From Parvularia atlantis (taxonomy: Eukaryota): 64,000 bases of DNA. The stretch lies in assembly GCA_943704415.1 (NCBI GenBank), contig CALSCO010000506.1, positions 1-64,000 on the forward strand. Reading direction: 5' to 3'. Below, one piece after another: positions 40,455-53,465 of the stretch; position 1 is the stretch's first letter; each line of letters opens with the position of its first letter. The notes under the pieces were generated by a model that saw only the letters and a list, made by a program, of their open reading frames with translations, made no database searches and was not told the DNA's origin. The translations under genes and the position numbers were made by a program.

Positions 40455-41527
40455 TCACAGCTTGGCAAAGGTGGCGTGGTCGTGGAACTGCGCGCGGGGT
40501 CAGTCATAGAGCATGCACATGTGGCAGGCGGCGAGACGCACGCGAATATTGTCCTTCTTGAGACCGTCGAGGATGATCTGTGCGCCGCGCGATGTCAGAT
40601 GCTCAGTAGCAACTCACGCGACGGCGCACCTGGACACCGCCGTTGGCCACGAGCCACTCAAGGCGGTGGTCGCGGTACTGGCGACGGAATTTGCCGGGCT
40701 GCGCAGCACGAATGGGCGGACAAATAAGCAAACGCGCCCGGCGCGGGCGCATCGCACCGGCGGCGGCGCCGTGCGCGTGTCCTTGATGCCCTGCTGGTAC
40801 TCTGCCAGGGTCGCGCGCACGCTTGGGCGCTCCTTGACGCGGGCCCACCATTTGGCCAGCGCGCTGTCGGCCGGCGGCGTGACCTTAAAGGCGCTGGCTG
40901 ACGACACAAGCGGCAGAACGGCGCAGTCGGCGGCGCTGCGGCACGCGCGTGAACGTGGCTGGCGGCCTGCGTGCCCCGCGCGTGCCCTCCCACGCACCCA
41001 AACTGCGCACCGCCAAAGAACGGCTGCGAGCCCAGCTCGCGGCTCAGCCACGCAAAGTACGTCTGGAGCTGCTCGTTGGCGGCCTTGATCAGCTTGTCGC
41101 GCAGCTCGCCTTCGGCGCGGCGGAACACGACGATCTCGTTCAGCGCCCAGATGACCTCCGTCGCGTGTCAGACGTCCCCACGGTCATCGCGGCCGGTGCG
41201 CACCGCCTCAATGTGCGTGTCGCACACGTCCTCGATCAGGCGCGAGCGCGCGCGCGCGGCCGGGTCGGCGGGCAGCAGCATCGGCTGCGAGAAGCGCTCC
41301 TCGAGGTACTCGACGATGACGGACGAGTCGTACACGGCGGTGTTGCCGTGCGCCGTGTCGATGAGCACGGGCACCTCGGCGCGCGGGTTGAGGTTGCGGC
41401 CCTTCAGCGCGGGGTGGTCGGCGGCCGCGCCCAGCGTGATCAGGCGCTCGAACGCGACGCCCTTCTCGCGCAGCGCGAGCTTGACCTTGATCACGTACGG
41501 CGACAGCGGGTGCTCGAGCAGCTGCAT
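40455..41527 (-). CDS. Glutathione S-transferase with a C-terminal RxYRDHRLEW extension, multi-exon
   Basis: Contains EHPLSPYVIKVKLALREKG, NPRAEVPVL, YDSSVIVEYLEE, RLIEDVCDT and RRQYRDHRLEWL...DNIR|FHDHATFAKL. Confidence 0.9.
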
Positions 41528-41766
41528 CGCCAGTGCCGAAGCTGGGTGCGGTCACGTGCGGTCACGTGGACAAACGATGACACGCGGCCATGCGGGGAAT
41601 TTCCCCACCGCAGTCGACTCGAGATGCATCGGCTTTGCAATGGGCACGAGTCCGGCCGACCTGGATGCCGTCGCGGTCGGCGTCGCGTGCACGGCCATCT
41701 GCGCGATGTGGATGGACAGCATCGGCTTCCGTTTGCAATGCGGCAGAAATGAGATTGAACAGATGA

Positions 41767-44700
41767 CTATGTGCGCGGCAGAAGCACGGTCGCAGTCTGA
41801 GCGAGCAGCTCCTCGAACGGGGCGAGCGGCGCGTGCGCGCAGTCGAGCTGCTGCAGCGCGCGCACGAGCCGGCAGCGCGCGTCGTGGCGCTCGGCCTCAG
41901 CCGCGTCGTCCAGCAGCGGGCGGATGCGCGAGCGCCGCGCTAGCAGGCTGGTGACTTCGGTGCCGCGGCGAACGATCGCCTCTGGGATGCCCGCGACCGT
42001 CGCGCAGTGGCTGCCCCACGAGTTGGTCGCGTAGCCGCGCTTGAGGCTGCGCACAGTCAGGCCCCGCGCGCACACGTGTGCACGGGCGCGCACTTGTACA
42101 GAAAGACCATCTGGTCGTCCGGCTGGCGCAGGATCTCCATCGTCTGCAGTTGCACGCGCGAGCCCTGCAGGAACCCGTTCTCGATGATCTCTGCGAGAGC
42201 GGATCAGCTCGGCGGTCCTGACAGAACGGCAGCCGGGGGCGCGCGCACCGTGAAAGTGTGTGCACGCGAGCACCTTGGGGCCGATGACGCCGCGTGGCGG
42301 GCGATCGAGGCGCTTGAGCGCGGCCGTCAGCAGCCCGATGCCGTCTGCGTACAGCGCATCAGACACGCCAACCGCGCGCCGGCACCCCGCGCGCACCGTC
42401 CGCGTTTGTGCCCTTGCCAAACTCGTCAATGACGACCAGCGAGCGCGCCGTGCACTGGTGCAGCGCCGCGCTCATCTGCTGCAGGTCGACCATGAACGTG
42501 CTTGCGCCCTGCCCCGCCGTTGCAGTGCTTCGTCAGCACGCTGCCGCTAGAGTAAAGGCGGCGCACCGACGACACGCTCTCCTGCGTCCAGATGCGCGTC
42601 AGCAGCTTGTCGGTCAGGCCCACAACGGCCTCATCGGCCGGCACGAAGCTGCCCACGTGCGCCATGAACACGATCAACGCAACCTGGCGCGCGGCGCGTC
42701 TGAGCCCCTGTGCACAGCGGTGCAGCCCAGGTGCGCGACCTGCTTCAGGTACACACTCTTGCCGCTGTAGTTGGCCCCTGTGATCAGGAACACGCGCTCG
42801 GCGTCGTCAACGTGCGCGTTGTTCGGGATGAACGCGTCGACGCAGAGCTCCTGCAGCGGGTGGCTGAGCGGCGCGCTTGGTCAGGCGGTGCGGTGCAGCG
42901 CTGTGCAGTGCGGCACGTGCCGTCCGCGCTTGATCATGAGCACGTCGTCCGGCACAACGCGCGGCCGGTGGTAGTTGTAGCGCCGCGCAGCCTCGGCGAG
43001 GGCGAGTAGGCTGTAGCGATGTCAGCAACAGGACACGCACGTACGGCCGCTGCCGGGTGCACCAGTCCAGCTCTGAGCACAGCGTCGAGACGCGCAGGAC
43101 GACGTCGGCGTACTTGAGCACGCGCCCCAGCAGCTCTTGCATGATGTCGATCTCGCGGTCTGGCGAGTGCGCGCGCGCGTTGCGCCGTGAGCGATGCAAG
43201 CCACACGATGCGCGCAGCGGCGCACCCACGATCAGCCCGTGCAGGTCGCCGAGCTGGCTGTCGAGCTCTGAGCGCGGTGCACACTCTGAGCACGCGCACG
43301 GGCGAGATCGCGCACAGCCGACCTTGCGTCTTGTCGCAGCGGTAGTAGACGGTCGTCTTGGTGCAGAACTGCACCAGGCGTGAGCGCCGCGCCGATCGGC
43401 GGCACGCGGCACCTGGAAGCGGAAGCCCGGCAGGCGGAAGTCGTGCTCGTCACGCATGTCCTCGCGCAGCGGCACGGCGACCTGACGCGGCGTGAGGGGC
43501 CTGGCACGGGCGCATGATCCGCACGGCCGCACCAAGTAGCCCAGCTGCGGCCAGTAGACGACGTTGAGCGACGTTGCGAATGAGATCGGGATGAGCTTGC
43601 GGATCTCGAGCGCGAAGCGCGACTGCGCCATGCACGTGTCGGCTGCCGCCACACGCAAGGCCGGGCTTACGAGAAAGTCGTCGAGGCCGTGGTAGGTGCG
43701 CTTGAGTTCGTCCAGCTGCTCGTCGACGTGCGGCTTGACGACGAACCGCTTAGCGAGCGCGCTCTCGTCAAAGTCGACCTGTGCGCCGGGGCACGTTAGC
43801 AGTGCGTCCGCGCCAAACGCATGTACACACGCACGATCTTGTTGAGCAGCGTCGTCATCTCCACGAGTCGCTCGTCCACCGCAGCAACCAGATAGCGAGC
43901 GATCCGCACAGTACGGCACGCGGGCTCTTGCTGCAGCGCCTTGGAGACCGCGTTCGCGCGCAGGCCGCACTGCACGCACGCGGTCACGTCGCGCAGGGAC
44001 AAGGACGGCCGCCGCGCACGTTGAAAAGGCTGCGCCAGTCGCTCACGGTCGCCCGCCCAGCCATCAGGCGCCCAATGACGTTCTGGCGGCACGCGCAGCC
44101 GGGTCAGCGCGCGCACGGCGACCGCAGCCGTGTGCGCACGGGCATGTAGGCAATGTGCTTGATGTTGCCCACGAGCTCCGCGACGAGGCCGGCCTGCTGC
44201 ACGTCGGTGAAGAGCTCAACGGCGTCCAGACGCGCTTCGATCCTGGCGCGTGCGCTCACGAAGTCGACATGCGCACGCAGCCCGTGCGTGCGGCGCGCAC
44301 TCGTCGATGCGCTGCTCGGGGCGCAGCAGCCACGCGCGCAGCAGGCGCCGGCCGCCCTGGGTGCGCGTGTGGTTGAGCAGCCCTGTCCCGAGGCGCTGCG
44401 TGAGCGAGAACAGCGAGCGCAAACCCGGCGCACCGAAGACCGACAGGCCCTCCTTCGTGCGCGCACTGTGCATGTTTGGGTTGCTGCTGCTGTCAAAGAT
44501 CTGCAGCGCCCTGCGGCCGCGCCGGCGTGAGCTTGGTGCGTGCGCGCGAAAGGGTGCGCGCCACCGGAACGTGTTGGCCGTGACGTGCATGTACTGGTGC
44601 ACATGCATCGGGTGCAGCGTGATGTCAAGCGGCTTGGCGCGGTCCTGCACGCGTCGTAAGCCGCAACGGCCGGCCAGCACGCGGGCGGGCGAAGCGCACC

Positions 44701-45442
44701 TCGAGCTCGAAGCCAAACTTGCCGCTGAGCAGCACGGCGATGAGCGCGCCGCCGCAGCGGACCGACTCGGGGTTGTCGGCTCGCACGACGGCCGCGAGGT
44801 GCATCAGCTTTTCCTGCCGCACGCGCCCGCGACGCCGCGCTCAGTCAGCAGCCGCGAAGAGCAGCGACAGCGGCAACGGCACCTCGCGCGTCGCCGTCGC
44901 CATCGCCGGCCGCAGCGTCGTGTTGGCGAGCGACAGCCGCGCGCGGTGCAGGGCAAAGTCGGCCGAGGGGCGCGCGGTGACGGTGACGGGCGGGTCCGCA
45001 AACAGCGCGGCGAGGCGCTCGTCGGCCGGCGCGGTCGTGACGACGTGGGTGGGCCGGACCTGCAGCTTAACTAGCGCGTGTGCGTGCCGTGAGCGCTCGC
45101 CGGGCAGCCGCGGCCGGCCCACGCACGGACGCCGATCAGGTCCAGCGCCTCGTCCACCGTCACGTCGGTGTAGTCGTCGAGCACGTACAGCGCCGCCGTG
45201 GCCACGTCGACGTAGGCACAGCCGAGCCGGCGGCCGTGCAGCAGGACGGCGAGGATGACGGGTGCCGCGTCTGCGTCCGCGTCGTCGCTGCCGTCGTCGC
45301 CGTCGTCGCTCTCGATGCCGCCACCGTCGTCCACGCGCGCGCGCTTGTGCAGCCGCCGGTGCACGCTGTGCGCCGACAGGCCCGAGTGCACCGTGCGCGC
45401 GTCGTCCTGCTCATCCGCGTCACCTTGCGGGTCCTGCTCCAT
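41767..45442 (-). CDS. MSH5: Meiosis-specific MutS homolog 5, multi-exon
   Basis: There is no mismatch-binding domain I. It contains [66 protein letters not shown]...DGIGLL and CTHFH. Confidence 0.93.
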
Positions 45443-45577
45443 GACAGCTCGACTGTCGACGGTGTGACATCTTTGACCGACTTGCCAGCTCGCGCGTGGC
45501 TTGCCATCGGCGGCGTTTGCCATGTCGCGGCCTCACTTTCCATTCTGCCCGCCCGCCGCCACGGGCCGCACGCGACT

Positions 45578-47792
45578 ATGAGGTGCCGCTGCCGCCGCCG
45601 CCTGCGCGCGGACGTGCTCGCTGCTCACGCCCGCGACGCGCAGCACCAGGCTCGTTTATGCCCACTTCGTCGACAGCGACCGCGCCGCCGTCGCGCCGCC
45701 GAGCGGCTGGGACGCGGCGTGCGTCGTGATGCTCGTGCGACTCCAGTGCGGGATCACCATCACGCCTGAGCCGGCTGCCGGCCCGTGGGTCTTCGCCGTT
45801 GACGAGGAGCGCGCGCGCGCGCTCGACACACTCGCCGTCGACGGCGTCTGCAGCGTCGTCTTCAGCCCCTTCTCCAAGCCGTCCGCCCCGCGCCCCGCCG
45901 CCGTGCCGCCGGCGCAGTCGCCGCCGCGCTCGCCGCCGCCTGCGTCGCACCAACACCGCGAGGAGGCAAGCGTGCTCGTGCTCAACCTGGCCGACTCGGT
46001 CGACGCGGCGGCGCTGCAGCGGGCCTTCAGCCACTGCGGCACGGTCGTCAACGCGCGCGTCATGTATGTCAAGCAGACCGGCAACCACGGCCCCAAGAAA
46101 TCGCGCGGCTTCGGCTTCGTCAACTTTGCCGAGCCTGAGGAAGCGCAGCGCGCCATTGCGAAGATGAGCGGCGAGACCCTGGCCGGCAAGGTGATTGAGG
46201 TGCGCCAGGTCAAGAGTAAGGACGAGCTGCAACAGCACCCGGCGGCGGAGCGCGAGCCCGAGCGCGCGCCCGAGCAGCCTGCCGAGCCCGAACCGACGCC
46301 GTGGCCGCCCGCGTGCAACACCAACATCTACGTGGCCAACCTCGACTTCTCGATCAGCAACCGCGACCTGCTCAACGCGTTCAGCCGCTTTGGCGCGATC
46401 AACAGTGCGGCCGTGATCCTGGACGAGCAGACCAAGCTGTCGCGCGGCTACGGCTTCGTCAATTTCACCCGCCCCGACGAGGCGCAGCGCGCTGTCGCCG
46501 AGATGCACGGCTGCCAGCTGGGCTTCAAGAAGCTGATCGTGCGGCTGCACGAGACCCAGGAGGAGCGCGAGCGTCGGCGACAGCAAAGCACGGTCCCGCG
46601 TGTGCCCGTGCCCATCGTCGCGATCGAGCCGGCCGCCGCCGCCGTGAGTAACCCAAAGTGCAACCTCTACGTGGGCAACCTCGACTTTGCGATCGACAAC
46701 GTGCAGCTGCGCAACGCCTTTGCCCCGTACGGCACCATCACCAGCGCGGCGGTCAAGGTCGACAGGGAGACGCATCTCTCGCGCGGCTGCGGCTTCGTCA
46801 GCTTCACGTCGCCGGAGGAGGCCGAGCGCGCCATTGCTGCGATGAACGGCCGCGTCTGCGGCTCGCGCGCGATCGTCGTGGCCCCGCTGCAGACCAAGGA
46901 GGAGCGCGAGCGTGCGTGCCGCCTGCAGCCGCCGCCGGCGACCGGCCTCCCGCAGCCGACGGTGGCGACCAACCTTCCGCAGCCGCTGCAACTGTTCATA
47001 TCGCAGCCCGCCCAGCAGCCGCCTCCGCTGTTTATCGCGCAGCGTGTTCAGCAGCCGGCCGAGCAGCCCGTCGAGCAGCCGGCCCAGCGGCACACCCTGA
47101 CGACGCCCGTGTCCGTGGTCCCGTCGCACCAGTGGCAGGTGCCGCAGCATCTGCAGCCCCGTCTTCAGCCGGCGCCCGTGCACATCCTCCCCACGGACGC
47201 GCAGTCGCTGCGGCCGCGCCGTCCGCCGCCGCTGCAGCAACAGCAGCGCAGCCCCATGCAAGAGGTGCAAGAGCCTGAGCCGGTGCAGCAGGAGCCCGAG
47301 AATGCGCCAGTGCTCAAGGCCACCGAGGTTGTCGACCTTTCCCGGGGCCTGTTCTCCAACCTGATGCTCAAGTACTCGGACGCGTTCATCGCCGAGCTGC
47401 GCGCCGCCCTTGAGCCTTACGCCGTCAAGTTCAACTACGGCAAGTCGAACATGAACACCAAGCGCTTCACCCTCACGGGCCCGGCCGAGACGGTCCGGGC
47501 GGCCCGCGAAGCGTTCGAGCGGTGCCTGCAGGACATCAAGGGTCGGCTGCGTCTGAAGAAGACGAAACTGGACCAGAATCTGTTTGACTGCATCTCGACG
47601 GAGCACCAGCGCTCGGTCGCGTCGGTCGCGCGCAATTTCAAGGCGCTCGTGTGGCTTGCGAAGGAGCCGGGACCAAATTTCGGCGATGCTGAGACGTTTG
47701 CGCTGTACATCTACAGCGCGACGAACGACGAGCTGCTCCAGGAGCTGCTCAAGCTCATGCAGGCCACGATCGCGAACGTTCGGGATCAGTGA
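45578..47792 (+). CDS. Three-RRM RNA-binding protein with a Q/P-rich linker and putative degenerate KH-like C-terminus; one intron (45583-45643)
   Basis: RNP1 motifs SRGFGFVNF, SRGYGFVNF and SRGCGFVSF occur with RNP2 motifs NIYVANL and NLYVGNL. Confidence 0.88.
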
Positions 47793-47892
47793 GCTGCAAC
47801 CCCTTACTTGTTCGTCTCTCCGCCCTAACTTTTTTTTTTGCTTGCTCATGCCCCAACTTTGAACAAACAGACGGACAAATACTCACGTGTGC

Positions 47893-49340
47893 TCACGCAT
47901 CTACCAGCGCGGACGCCGGCAGCGTGACCAGCGGCACGTCGCCGCAGGCCTCCTCGGGGCCGAGCTGCGGGCTCCACCGGCGCGCCATGGTGCCACGCAG
48001 GAGGTAGTCGCTCAGCGAGCCTTTGGGCATCGACACGGTCTCGGCCGGGCGCAGGACGCGCATGAGCCGCACGCCGTCGACCTCCTCGCCTGCCGCACGC
48101 GCGCGCCGCAATCAGCCCTCAGTGCTCGGTCGTGCTCGTGCGCGCGCGCGGCCACGCACTGCACGACGCGACGCCGTAGTACTGGCACACGGCGTGGGCG
48201 ATGCAGCGGCCAAAGGCGTCGTCGAGGCGCCAGAGCAGCATCTCCTCCTCGACCTCGTCCGCGCGCTCGTTTGCAGCGTCGGCCAGGATGACGGTCTCGA
48301 TCTGGTTGAGCGCGGTGCGCTGCCCGTGCGCCGCATCAGCTTGTGCGCCGTGTGCGCACGACAGCCAGACGCACGTCAACCACGCTCCAGTCGCCGTCCT
48401 CGGGCTGGCTCGCGACGTGCACCCAGTCGGCAGCCGACGCGGAAGGCGACGTGTTGCGCGTGGTCTGCCCGCGGAGCGTCAGCAGCGGTCGCACGCGCGG
48501 TAGCAGCGACCGCGCACCACAAACGCCAGCAGCTCGCGCTCGAGGCGCTGCATGAAGCGCGGCGAGACGTTGGAGCGGCGGAGGACGTCGCGCGCACTGC
48601 GATCGATGCGCGCGTAACACTGCTCGTGTGAGGGTCGCATGCGGCGTGGGGACGCGGCGTTTGCGGCGTTTGCGGCCGGCTGGCCGGCGAGGATGTCGCG
48701 CTGGCGGTCCTCCGAAGCCTTGAGGAACGCGTACCTGAAGGGTGCGCGCATGAGCCGGTACTTTGCGCGCCCGCCCACACAGGAGCCGATCGCACCACAG
48801 CGCGAGCTTGGCCGGGTCCTGCAGCATGAGCGCGAAGGGCGCGCCGGCACCGGGGGCGGGGCGCATGTAGCCGGCGGTCAGGTCCTCGTCGGCGACGTCG
48901 GTGCGGCGGAGGAGCGCGACGACTGCGACCACTCGCGTGAGCGCGCGCGCGGGCGTCCCCGATGCGCTGCGTGGCGACGCACGGGCCTCCCACCGCCGCA
49001 GCTTGCGCGCGCCCAGGGCGGCATGCGCGTGCCGCACGTGGTGCGCCGAGTGCGCCGCGGCCGCCGTCGCGTCCACCGCGCGGCGCACGTCGCGCTGGCC
49101 GAGCGATCCTGCACGTGCGCGGCGTGCGCTGGCCGTGGCACCGTTGGCCGTCGTCGTCGTCGTCGCCGCTGCCGTCGTCGTCGTCGTCGTCGCGGTTGCG
49201 TCCGACAGCGCCGCGTCGGTGCTCGCGCTGTCGAGACGCGGGCGCTCGCCCGGCGGCGCGAAGAGCACGTTGAGCGGCGCCGTCGCGGCGGCTGCGGCGG
49301 CTGCGGCCGCGCGTGCGCGCTCGGCGTCGCCGATGGCCAT
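47893..49340 (-). CDS. R3H-associated/R3H domain protein (R3HDM4-like), multi-exon
   Basis: Contains GARKLRRWE, CYARIDRSARDVLRR, LERELLAF and the R3H-like FGRCIAHAVCQYYG. Confidence 0.75.
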
Positions 49341-49583
49341 GGGACGGCTGAGGCGGAGTGCGGCGGCGCAGGCTGATCGGAAGTGACGCAACGCTGTCAC
49401 GCAACCTAAGAAGGAAAAAAAAAAAGACCAACCGGGGACTTGAACCCCGAGCCTTCTGCTGGATCAAAGTCACGTGGCGCAAAACGTTTCGTAGGAGGCA
49501 GATGCGCTATCCATTGCGCCAGTTGGTCTCACCCTGAAAGGAGGCTGGAAACGCTCAAGTACCAGCTCTCGAGCGCCGCGTTC

Positions 49584-50924
49584 TCACTGAGCGGCCACCT
49601 GCTGCGCGCGCAGCTTCTCGAGCATGTCCTTGGTCATCGCGTCGAGCGTGTACTTGTGCGCCCAGCCCTGTGTGCGCGCCCGTGTGAGCCGCAAGACGTG
49701 GGCCGTGCGAGCCGCGGCGGCCGCACCCAGTCGACGCGCGCGTTCGAGTCGTCCAGCGACTGTGGCCACGAGTCGGCGATGGCCTGGCGGAAGTCGGGCT
49801 TGTAGTCGACCTTCTGCTCGCGCACGCGCGTGCGCACGCATGGGCTCAGCGTCTGCACCGGCAGCGGTCGCACACACGCGCACCAGGTTCGGGATGTGCT
49901 TGCGGATCGCGTTGGCGATCTCGGCCGGCGTAAAATCGATGCCCGACATGTTGTACGTGCACATCTTGAGGCGCTCGCGCGGCGTCTCGAGGAACTGCAG
50001 GACGCGTCAGCGTCTGATGCACGCAGCAGGGGCCGCCGCTCTCCCGCACCTGGATGGTCCCGAGCAGACAGTCGGGGATGTACATCATCGGCAGGCGCGT
50101 GTCCGGGCCGAGGAAGCACGTGTAGCTCTGCGTCTTGAGCGCCTGGTGGAAGATATCGACGGCGTAGTCTGCAGGCGTGGGTTGAGATGACTGCGAGCGC
50201 GGTACGGCCCACGGCCCCACGGCCCCACGGCCCACGCACCGGTCGTGCCGCCGCCGGGCGGCGTCTCGGCCGAGATGATGCCCGGGTAGCGCAGCGAGCG
50301 GAAGTCGACGCCGTGGCGGTTGTGGTACCACTGCATCGGCGCGCCGCTTGAGCCAGCGCGCGACACACGCGCAGACGCACCTCGCCCAGCAGCTCCGCGT
50401 GCACCTTCGTTATGCCGTAGATGGTCGTGGGGCGCATGATCGTGAGGTCGGGCGTGTGCGCGCGCGGCGTGGTTGGGCCGAACGCGCCGATGGTCGAGGG
50501 GCAGAACACCGACAGGCCGTACTTGTGCGCGAGCTCCATCACGTTGTGGAAGCCGCGGATGTTGACGTCGAGCGCCAGCGCCGGGTTCTTCTCGCCCACG
50601 GCCGACAGGAGCGCCGAGAAGTGCACGACCCAGTTGATCCGGTGCTCGACCACGACCCGCGCCAGGTCGCCGTAGCTCAGCACGTCCGCGTACACGAACG
50701 GGCCCTGCGCGGCGAGCTCGGCCGGCGGCGCGCGCACGTCGGCCGCCACGACGTTGTCGCGGCCGTAGCGCTGGCTGGTTGCGGGGGGGGGAGCGCTGGG
50801 CGTGTGAGGCGCGCGTGATCTGCGGCCGGGCGCGCGCGCACGCACCGCAGCAGCCGACCCAGCGTCGAGCCAAGCTGGCCGAGCGCGCCCGTGATAAGCA
50901 CGCGCGGCTTGGCGGCGGGCGCGG

Positions 50925-50955
<31 letters not shown>

Positions 50956-50967
50956 CGAGCGGCGCAT
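49584..50967 (-). CDS. TDH: Mitochondrial L-threonine 3-dehydrogenase (SDR type), multi-exon
   Basis: Contains [48 protein letters not shown]...[18 protein letters not shown] and RQAIADSWP. Confidence 0.94.
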
Positions 50968-51016
50968 GGGCTCGAAGCACGTGCCTGTTTCTCACGGTCC
51001 CAGCCAGGCGACGGTG

Positions 51017-52263
51017 ATGGCGGACAGGTGCGGCGCACCGCATCAACGGGCGCATCGGCGCTGACGCGGGGCGCGCGCGGGGCGGCAGGGCGCGCGAGCG
51101 CGACGACGACGCGCGCAGACAATCAAGGTCGCGGGACCGCGAGCGCGGGCGGTCGAGGTCGAGGTCGAGGTCGAGGTCGAGGTCGCCGCCCCCGAGACGC
51201 AAGCGCTCGCGCTCGGCGTCGCCGTCGCGGTCACGCAGCGCATCGCCGGCGTCGAGCGGCAGCAGCAGCGCCGACAGCGACAGCGACAGCGACAGCAGCG
51301 CCGGGAGCGGGAGCGACGGCGGGCGGCGCGAGCACAAGCGCGCCAAGAAGGACAAGAAGGAGCGCAAGCACAAGAACAAGAAGGACAAGAAGAAGGACAA
51401 GAAGAAGAAGGACAAGAAGAAGAAGCACAAGAAGGTGCGCGACCCGTGGCGGCGCAGCGGCACGTTCAACTCAAGCACGCGCACGCACGCGCAGGACAAG
51501 AAGGCGATGCCCGGCACGTCCCTGTACGGCAACTACGGCGCGTACGGCACGCTGCGGTGCGCCCCACACGCGCGCCCCTCCCGTCCCGCGCTGACGCCCA
51601 TTGTGCGCGTGCAGCGAGGTCGACCTGTTCCGCAAGCAGCCGGTGCGCCCGTGTCTGCGTTGCGCGCGCTTGTGCCGAAACTGACGTCCACGCTCTCGTC
51701 GCGCTCGCAGGAGTTCCAGGCGTGGCTGATGGACGTCAAGAAGATCTCGCCCGATGCCGTCGGCGGCCGCGAGGAGAAGACGCTCTTTGCCGAGTTTATC
51801 GAGGACTACAACACGGCGACGATGCCGCACGAAAAGTTCGCCGCACTTTCGCCGATGCATCGCACGCCTGATACGGTCGCGGTGTCGCAGGTACTACGAC
51901 CTCGAGGCGTGGGACCGCAAGGAGCGCGAGCGGCTCGAGAAGAAGCGCGTGCAGAAGGCGAGTAAGGGCCGGCCGAGCGGCGTCGACGTCAAGGCGGACG
52001 AGGACCGGATGCGGTGCGGCGATCGCGCCTCGCCGTCCAGTGCGCATATACGCTGACCGCACGCCACGCCACGCGCCAGGCAAGAGTGGCAGCAGCGTGC
52101 CGACGCCTCGCGCGCCGCAGCCGCCTCGCGCTTCTCGCTCGAGCAGATCCAGGAGCTGCGCAAGCTCGAGCACGAGCGCGTGCAGGTCGACCGCGAGCGC
52201 AAGCTCGGTATGAAGTCGCGCTCGGACGCGGGTGTGCGCTACGAAAGCCGCCTGCGCGAGTGA
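51017..52263 (+). CDS. RS- and Lys-rich nuclear protein with a conserved EFxxWL...EDYNTATxPHxKYYDL domain, multi-exon
   Basis: RSRSRS repeats and KKDKKK runs precede [16 protein letters not shown] and [21 protein letters not shown]. Confidence 0.8.
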
Positions 52264-52306
52264 ACGCCGGCAACTTGTACAGTTTCTTGAGGGCGGCGCG
52301 TCGCTG

Positions 52307-53456
52307 ATGGCCAGTGCGCTGCCCGCGCCGATCGTCGTCGAGCCGCTAAAGGTGAGTGAGGCTGTTGCCTTGCCACGCACTCGCGAGCTCAGCGCTGCCC
52401 GCCGTTGTCGCAGCATCCACGCGCCGACGCCGGCGGCCAGGTGTACGTCGTCGGCGCGCTGCACGTCTCGCCGCAGAGCGCGGCCGCCGTGGCCGAGGTG
52501 ATCCGCCGCCTGCAGCCGACGGCGGTCGTGCTTGAGCTGTGCCACGGCCGGCTGCCGCTTCTGCACCTCCCTGACACCCCGCCACCTGCGCGCGCGCGGC
52601 TCGGCGTGCTCGGCGCGGCCGCCGCGGCGATGCGCAGCGGGTCGGGGATAGCCGGCGCGCTGTACGCGCTCGTCGCCGAGTCGATGAGCCGGGTGCGCGT
52701 CTCTCTTCGCCCCGTGTGATGCGCGCATCCAACCGGCGCAGACCGGCGACAGTGCAGGCGTGACGCCCGCGGCTGAGCAGCGCGCCGCGTACCGCACGGC
52801 CAAGGAGATCGGCGCCGAGGTGATCTTCGGCGACCGTGACATCGAGGTGCTGCTCGGCGACGCGCCGCCGTCGCCTTCTCACGGCGCACAGGTGACGATG
52901 CAGCGCGCCTGGAGCACCCTCGGCGTCGTCGAGCGCGCGTGGCTGCTATGGGCGATCGTGACGGACGGCGGCCTTGGCGACTTCGACGAGTGCGTCGAGC
53001 TCGCGCCGACCGCGCGAGCGCTGATACGTGTGCGTGCGCAGGCGGCAGCTCGACGCGGCGCTGAGAGGTGACTCGGTGCAGCACGCGATCGCACAGCTGT
53101 GCGCGCTCGTGCCGTCCGCGATGGCGCCGCTGCTTCACGAGCGCGACCTGTTCCTGATGAGGCGCGCGCACGCCGCTCTGCTGGCCGTGGTGACTCTGAC
53201 GCGATCAACGCGCGCCCGCAGCTCGCTCTCGCTCACCTGCCGCACGCACAAGACCGTCGTCGGCGTCGTCGGCGTGGGGCACGTCGCGGGCATCGCGCGG
53301 CACTGGGGCGAGCAGATCGACCGCGACGCGCTCACGCTGCCGCACGTGCCGTCGGCTGGCAGCAGCAGTGCACGGGGCGGCTTGTGGCTCGCGCTCGCCG
53401 TGGCCGGGCTGGGCGTGGCCGTGTGGCTGTGGACGCGGCTGCGAAGATCAGTTTGA
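52307..53456 (+). CDS. TRABD: TraB-domain protein with a C-terminal tail anchor, multi-exon
   Basis: Contains VYVVGALHVS, VVLELCHGR, PAAEQRAA, FGDRDIEVTMQR, LLHERDLFL, VVGVVGVGHVAGI and a C-terminal TM helix. Confidence 0.88.
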
Positions 53457-53465
53457 TCGCGTCCG

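Noticed and set aside
45576..47849. 757-aa antisense ORF opposite the RRM gene, and similar long shadow ORFs (32675-33784, 34472-35485, 28697-29707, 49634-51532)
   Set aside because: These are expected by-products of very high GC and GC3 bias, which removes stops from other frames. They are Arg/Ala-rich with no motifs.
52307..53456. TraB as a conjugation or mobile-element gene
   Set aside because: It is the intron-containing eukaryotic TRABD family with a tail anchor, and there are no plasmid or transposon hallmarks.
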